Shown: positions 16,288-21,185 of the stretch, piece by piece
How the letters are laid out: each line of letters starts with the position of its first letter
Numbering within the stretch: position 1 is the first letter of the stretch
Source of the DNA: a bacterium
GTDB taxonomy: Bacteria; Zhuqueibacterota; Zhuqueibacteria; Oceanimicrobiales; Oceanimicrobiaceae
Direction of reading: 5' to 3'
Assembly (NCBI GenBank): GCA_046758365.1
Contig: JBHIAC010000044.1
Location: 1 to 21,185 of the forward strand
Length of the DNA stretch: 21,185 nucleotides
Position numbers and translations under genes: made by a program
The notes under the pieces: generated by a model
What the model was told of the DNA's origin: nothing
Databases searched by the model: none
The model's input: the letters and a program-made list of their open reading frames with translations, nothing else

Positions 16288-17204
16288 AAGATTTAAGAAT
16301 TATTCTTGTTTCTGCCAGACCAATATTCTTTACTGCAACTTTGCTACCTCTTTTGTTAGGTAACATCATTGGTTGGTATCACTCAGGCGAATTTAACTGG
16401 TTCTATTTTATTCTTGCTGTTTTAGGTATTATTTTGCTTCATGCGGGAACGAATCTCGCTGATGATTATTATGACTATAAGAGTGGAGCAGATTTAGCTA
16501 TGAAAGAAGCAACGCCTTTTAGTGGTGGGTCAAGAGTGCTCCCTGATAAGTTAATTGAGTCAAAGAAGATCCTGTACGCTGCATTGATTGTTTTCTTTTC
16601 AGGTAGTTTGGTTGGATTATATCTCAATTACTTACTGAAAGGAAATGTAATCCTAATTTTTGGATTACTTGGTGTTTTCAGTGGTTTCTTTTATACTGCC
16701 GACCCCGTAAAGTTAGGATATCGAGGATTAGGAGAATTAACAGTAGGCATCACTCATGGACCACTGGTTGTTTTAGGTGGTTACTATCTGCAAACTCAAG
16801 TATTATCTTGGTCTGCTTTTTGGGTATCTCTGCCTGTTGGTATTTTGGTGATATTAATTTTGATGGTTAATGAATTTCCTAGTGCCGAAGGATATAAAGA
16901 AGTTAACCGCAGGAATCTGGTAGTAATCTGGGGAAAAGAAAGATGTCTTAAGTTATATATCTTTCTTTTATTCCTTACTTATTTTTTTATCGTTTTTGGA
17001 ATTGTTCTCAAGATTATGCCTTTGTATACTTTGATAGCTTTGTTTACTCTTCCTTTGGCTTTTATGCTGGGAAAGATGATAAAAATAAACTATGACAAAA
17101 TTCACGAATTAGTTCCTGCTAAAAAGATGTGCATTGGTTTACATTTAATTTTTAATTTGTTATTGAGTGGTGGATACGTATTAAATAGATTAATTGTTGG
17201 ATAA
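16284..17204 (+). CDS. menA: MenA-like UbiA-family membrane prenyltransferase
   Basis: ARP N-terminal motif, NLADDYYDYKSGAD, PFSGGSR, FYTADPVKLGYRGLGE and multiple hydrophobic helices; the second Asp-rich motif is degenerate. ATGA overlap with the upstream gene. Confidence 0.85.
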   Translation: MKDLRIILVSARPIFFTATLLPLLLGNIIGWYHSGEFNWFYFILAVLGIILLHAGTNLADDYYDYKSGADLAMKEATPFSGGSRVLPDKLIESKKILYAALIVFFSGSLVGLYLNYLLKGNVILIFGLLGVFSGFFYTADPVKLGYRGLGELTVGITHGPLVVLGGYYLQTQVLSWSAFWVSLPVGILVILILMVNEFPSAEGYKEVNRRNLVVIWGKERCLKLYIFLLFLTYFFIVFGIVLKIMPLYTLIALFTLPLAFMLGKMIKINYDKIHELVPAKKMCIGLHLIFNLLLSGGYVLNRLIVG

Positions 17205-17207
17205 ATT

Positions 17208-18593
17208 ATGAATCAATTAAAATTATTGCCGATAGAAGCGGAACTTAGCCAGAGAATAAGTTGGTACATAAGATTGAGATGGTTAGCTGTAATAGGTGTA
17301 GTTGGAATTGTTACTGGAGCACACTATATTTTAAAGGTAAAATGTGCTCACTTGCCATTGTATTTAGCTGCAGGGGGAGTGTTTTTTTACAATTTCCTTT
17401 TTTATTTATACGACATTCGTCTCAGATCACAAATAGGGAGCGAAGGATGGTTAAGAAAAACAAGACGCTTTGCTAATTTACAAATTTCAGTAGATTTATT
17501 TATGCTTACTTTTTTAATTCATTTTGCTGGAGGAGTAGAAAATCCTTTTATCTTTTACTTTATCTTTCACATGGTTATTGCCAGTATTTTATTATCGAGT
17601 AAGGAAGCTTATCTTCAGGCATCATTAGCTGTACTCCTTTTAGGGGGCTTAATTATTATGGAATACTTTCAATTTTTGCCTCACTACCACTTAGAAGGAT
17701 TTATTATAGGAATTCAAACTTGGAGGAGTCCTTACTATAATTTAGGTATATTCTCCGTTTTTATTACCACAATGTATTTAACTGTCTTCATGGTCACTCG
17801 TGTCGCTAATAGATTGAAAGATAAAGAAAAGGATTTAGCAATAGCTAACGAAGAATTGAAAGAACAAGACCGCTTAAAATCAAGGTATGTTTTAACTGTA
17901 GCCCATGATATTCAAACTACTCTTTCAACGATTCAAAGTTGCCTTAAGGTCGTTTTAGCTAATTTAACAGGCACTATTTCAGAGAAATCAAGAGAAATGA
18001 TTGCCCGGGCTGAACACCGCTCTGTGGCTTTGTTACGTTTTGTTAAGGATCTTTTAAATCTGTCAAAAATTAGAGCCATGAAAGGAGTAGAGAGAACTGA
18101 CTTATATCTTGAAGAAATAGTTAGGAAAACAATCGACCAAATAAAAGGAAATATAGAACAGAAACACATTTTCCTGGATGTACGGATTCCTAAGCATTTG
18201 TCTTTAATTTATGCAAATCAAGATGCCTTAGAACAGCTATTTAATAACTTGCTAACCAATGCTGTAAAATACACACCATGGCAGGGAAAAGTAGGTATCG
18301 AAATAGTCGAAATAGTAGGGAAAGAAGGATGTTTTCATACAACTATCTGGGACACTGGAATAGGTATCCCCCAGGAAGATTTATCTCGAATATTTGATGA
18401 TTTCTATCGTGGGAAAAATGCCGAACAAATGGTAAAAGATGGGACAGGGTTAGGATTATCTATTGTAAAACAAATTATAGATGAACATAATGGAGATATT
18501 TGGGTAGAGAGTCAGCCGGGAAAAGGAACTAAATTTACTGTGGCTATCTCCAACAGTTGTGTATGCCCTGAATGTGCCGATAGGAAAATCTAA
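17208..18593 (+). CDS. Membrane-bound sensor histidine kinase
   Basis: N-terminal hydrophobic helices, H-box VAHDIQ, N-box NLLTNAVKY, G1 DTGIGI, F-box IFDDFYR, G2 GTGLGLSIV. Confidence 0.93.
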   Translation: MNQLKLLPIEAELSQRISWYIRLRWLAVIGVVGIVTGAHYILKVKCAHLPLYLAAGGVFFYNFLFYLYDIRLRSQIGSEGWLRKTRRFANLQISVDLFMLTFLIHFAGGVENPFIFYFIFHMVIASILLSSKEAYLQASLAVLLLGGLIIMEYFQFLPHYHLEGFIIGIQTWRSPYYNLGIFSVFITTMYLTVFMVTRVANRLKDKEKDLAIANEELKEQDRLKSRYVLTVAHDIQTTLSTIQSCLKVVLANLTGTISEKSREMIARAEHRSVALLRFVKDLLNLSKIRAMKGVERTDLYLEEIVRKTIDQIKGNIEQKHIFLDVRIPKHLSLIYANQDALEQLFNNLLTNAVKYTPWQGKVGIEIVEIVGKEGCFHTTIWDTGIGIPQEDLSRIFDDFYRGKNAEQMVKDGTGLGLSIVKQIIDEHNGDIWVESQPGKGTKFTVAISNSCVCPECADRKI

Positions 18594-18616
18594 GAGAACT
18601 GAAAAGGAGAAGACAA

Positions 18617-19054
18617 ATGATGAATAAGCAAGCAAAAATTCTCATCATTGAAGATGATGTTGATTTAGTGGAAGCGATGAAAGTAACTTTAGGGGCGAAA
18701 AATTATGAAGTTATTGCTGCCTATGACGGTAAAGAGGGACTTAAAAAAGCCAAAGGCGAGACACCTAATTTGATTATTCTTGATGTAATCATGAGATCAG
18801 AAACCGAAGGGTTTAATGTATCTTACGATTTACGAAAAGATCCCGAACTGTGTTATATCCCTATCTTGATGGTAACCGCGATAGCAGAAAAAACTGGTTT
18901 CTCTTTTTCTCCTGATACTGACGGAGAATTTCTTCCAGTAGATGATTATGTAGAAAAACCAGTTAGACACGATGATTTACTTAAACGGGTGGAGAAACTT
19001 TTAAAGTTAAAAAAGGAAGAGATAAATATTAGAGGAAGGAAAAGCATTCTATGA
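18617..19054 (+). CDS. Single-domain response regulator (receiver only)
   Basis: ILIIEDD, LIILDVIM (phospho-Asp), MVTA, EKP; no output domain. Confidence 0.92.
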   Translation: MMNKQAKILIIEDDVDLVEAMKVTLGAKNYEVIAAYDGKEGLKKAKGETPNLIILDVIMRSETEGFNVSYDLRKDPELCYIPILMVTAIAEKTGFSFSPDTDGEFLPVDDYVEKPVRHDDLLKRVEKLLKLKKEEINIRGRKSIL

Positions 19055-20061
19055 GGGTTTTGAAGAAGGAAGTAAGTTTGAAAAATATTTATAAACCTGT
19101 AGAAAAGGAACTAATTAAGGTAGAAGAGAAGATAGAAAAAGAATTATATTCTGATGAAGAGGCTGTCTCTATTATTAACGAGTATGTTTTGAATACATCG
19201 GGAAAACGTTTGCGTCCAGCTCTTGTTTTACTTTCGGGTAAGGCTGTTTCCAATCATCAATCGCCAATTACCAATTACCTGATTTCACTGGCTACAGCTA
19301 TAGAGTTAATTCATACAGCTACTTTAATTCATGATGATGTAATTGATGAGGGAAATTTGCGTCGCGCTAAATCGACAGTAAATGCAAAATGGGGTGACGA
19401 ACTTTCTGTACTCTTTGGTGATTATTTATATTCTAAAGCTTTCTCCCTCCTCGTACATATTAGAAATCAAGAAATTTTGACTCTTTTATCTTCAACTACT
19501 AACGGGATGTGTGAAGGAGAAATAGTTCAGATAGCGGTTGCTAATAATAATTTTACAGCTATAAGCGAAGGAGAATATTTAAAGATTATCGAGAAAAAGA
19601 CTGGCCGGTTAATCTCTGCTTGCTGTCAAACAGGTTCTATTTTAGGCGGGGCTGATGAAACGGAAATTGTTGCTCTTCAAAAATATGGATTGAACTTCGG
19701 CATGGCTTTCCAGATCGTTGACGATTGTCTGGATCTTATAGGAAAAGAAAACGAATTAGGAAAATCTTTAGGCTCAGATGTTCGGAAGAGAAAATTAACT
19801 TTGCCATTGATTTATTTATTATCTCGTTCTACTAACAAGAGGAATGCGGTAGATTGGCTATATGAAGTATGCCAATCAAAACATGATCTATTGTACGAAT
19901 CTATAAATTATGCTTTTGGAAAAGCAAACGTATATGTGGAAAAGGCTAAAGAAAGAATAGAAACTTTGGGAATTATTCCTCCTATTAAGGAGAGTTTGGT
20001 TAATTTGCTTGAGTACATTGTGATAAGACTTCAAAGTAAATTAGATAGAAAAAGGAAATAA
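19051..20061 (+). CDS. Polyprenyl diphosphate synthase (IspB/HepT-like, probably long-chain)
   Basis: GKRLRP, FARM ELIHTATLIHDDVID...RR, GDYL, KKT, SARM FQIVDDCLD, GK..GSD. Small residues (A, T) at -5/-4 before the FARM fit long-chain products. Confidence 0.92.
   Translation: MRVLKKEVSLKNIYKPVEKELIKVEEKIEKELYSDEEAVSIINEYVLNTSGKRLRPALVLLSGKAVSNHQSPITNYLISLATAIELIHTATLIHDDVIDEGNLRRAKSTVNAKWGDELSVLFGDYLYSKAFSLLVHIRNQEILTLLSSTTNGMCEGEIVQIAVANNNFTAISEGEYLKIIEKKTGRLISACCQTGSILGGADETEIVALQKYGLNFGMAFQIVDDCLDLIGKENELGKSLGSDVRKRKLTLPLIYLLSRSTNKRNAVDWLYEVCQSKHDLLYESINYAFGKANVYVEKAKERIETLGIIPPIKESLVNLLEYIVIRLQSKLDRKRK
19250..19277 (+). repeat. In-frame 7-bp array (CCAATYA) in the polyprenyl synthase
   Basis: CCAATCA TCAATCG CCAATTA CCAATTA; encodes NHQSPITNY. 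Confidence 0.85.
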
Positions 20062-20089
20062 ATTAAATTAAGAGAGAATAAGTGAATGA

Positions 20090-21185
20090 ATGATAAGATT
20101 TGAAGATGCATTAAAAATTGTATTGGAAAATGTAAAACCTTTAGATACGGGAAGAATCAGGACACTTTCTGCTTTAGGTTATGTTTTAGCCCAAGATATA
20201 TATTCAACTCTGGACTTGCCCTCTTTTGACAATTCGGCAATAGATGGATATGCCCTAAAATCTTCGGATACACAGGACGTTTCCAAGAACAATTCGAAGA
20301 TTTTAGAAGTAATCGATGACTTACCTGCTGGACATGTGTCTACCAAAAGACTGAAATCGGGTGAAGGGATAAGGATTATGACTGGTGCACCGATACCTGC
20401 AGGTGCTGATGCAGTGATAATGGTGGAAGACACAAAGATAGTTGATAGTCTACAGTTGACAGACCATAGAAAAAAATGTGGACAGCGGTCTATGGACTAT
20501 GGAAAAATAGAGATTTTCCGGAAGGTTAAAGAAGGAGAAAATATTCGTCGAAAAGGTGAAGATGTTAAAAAAGGAGAATTGGTTATATCAAAAGGGAAAG
20601 TTATTTGTCCAGCAGAGATAGGGATGTTGGCTTCTTTGAATATTCAAGAAGTAAATGTAATAAAGCATCCCCGGGTAGCGATTTTAGCCACCGGAGATGA
20701 GCTAATTGATATAGGACAGGATTTAGAACCAGGAAAGGTAAGAAATAATAACAGTTACGTTCTCTTTACACAGGTTATTAAATACGGCGGAATTCCTGTT
20801 GATTTAGGAGTAGCACGAGATAAAAAGAATGAAATAGGAGAAAAAGTTGTTCAAGGTTTAAGTGCAGATATATTACTTATCTCTGGAGGAGTCTCGGTAG
20901 GAGACTATGATTTAGTGAAAGATGTTCTAATAGATTTAGGAATGAAAATGAAATTCTGGAAGGTAGCAATGAAACCCGGTAAACCGTTTGTCTTTGGGCT
21001 AATTGAAGGTAAACCAATTTTTGGCCTGCCGGGTAATCCCGTATCTTCAATGGTCACTTTTGAACAATTTGTCAGACCAGCGATTCTAAAGATGCGAGGA
21101 ATAACTGACTTAAGCAGAACTTTAATTAAAGCAATTATTAAAGAAGAAATAAACAACCTTAAAGTTTTAATCGCTGGAGAAGGAC
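20090..21185 (+). CDS. moeA: Molybdopterin molybdotransferase MoeA, 3'-truncated (absent from the ORF track because it has no stop in the window)
   Basis: Manual translation from ATG 20090: MIRFEDALKIVL...LGYVLAQDI...PSFDNSAIDGYA...IRIMTGAPIPAGADAVIMVEDT...NIRRKGEDV...ILATGDEL...SGGVSVGDYD...MKPGKP...GLPGNPVS. Confidence 0.95.
   Translation, partial: MIRFEDALKIVLENVKPLDTGRIRTLSALGYVLAQDIYSTLDLPSFDNSAIDGYALKSSDTQDVSKNNSKILEVIDDLPAGHVSTKRLKSGEGIRIMTGAPIPAGADAVIMVEDTKIVDSLQLTDHRKKCGQRSMDYGKIEIFRKVKEGENIRRKGEDVKKGELVISKGKVICPAEIGMLASLNIQEVNVIKHPRVAILATGDELIDIGQDLEPGKVRNNNSYVLFTQVIKYGGIPVDLGVARDKKNEIGEKVVQGLSADILLISGGVSVGDYDLVKDVLIDLGMKMKFWKVAMKPGKPFVFGLIEGKPIFGLPGNPVSSMVTFEQFVRPAILKMRGITDLSRTLIKAIIKEEINNLKVLIAGEG
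20438..20503. repeat. Two-armed inverted 7-bp array inserted in frame in moeA
   Basis: Left arm ATAGTTG ATAGTCT ACAGTTG ACAGACC ATAGA, then an A-run, then right arm TGTGGAC AGCGGTC TATGGAC TATGGA. The right-arm unit is the reverse complement of the left-arm unit family. Confidence 0.85.

Noticed and set aside
1206..20503. Short repeat arrays as CRISPR or as phase-variation SSRs
   Set aside because: There is no repeat-spacer structure and no cas gene. The units are degenerate, which suppresses slippage, and no host gene is frameshifted.
722..21156. Minus-strand and nested short ORFs in the ORF track
   Set aside because: All overlap well-supported + strand genes and show no recognisable motifs, so they are treated as shadow ORFs.
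1..21185. tRNA, rRNA, transposase, integrase or intrinsic terminators
   Set aside because: Intergenic gaps are all short (under about 70 nt). I saw no such genes and no GC-rich stem followed by a U-tract.

Overview
This AT-rich window looks like DNA from an anaerobic prokaryote. It holds 23 tightly packed + strand genes, probably one or two long operons, and is truncated at both ends. The order is: partial hdrA, a DsrE/TusA/hypothetical/ferredoxin cassette, mvhD, an FdhB-like subunit, hdrC, an FrhB-like subunit, a small hypothetical, a 1022-aa double-FAD hdrA, and flxD-flxC-[hcp]-flxB-flxA. These are followed by two SAM methyltransferases, a MenA-like prenyltransferase, a histidine kinase with a stand-alone receiver, a polyprenyl synthase and a partial moeA that the ORF track missed. 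No hdrB is present. The most unusual signal is below gene level: about 14 short degenerate 7-bp (one 8-bp) tandem arrays with many different units. Most sit in frame in apparent loops of conserved enzymes, including the same three positions in both HdrA paralogs with different units. Two arrays have inverted arms and two supply stop codons. Several short in-frame palindromic inserts also occur. All calls come from motif recognition by eye; no searches were run.
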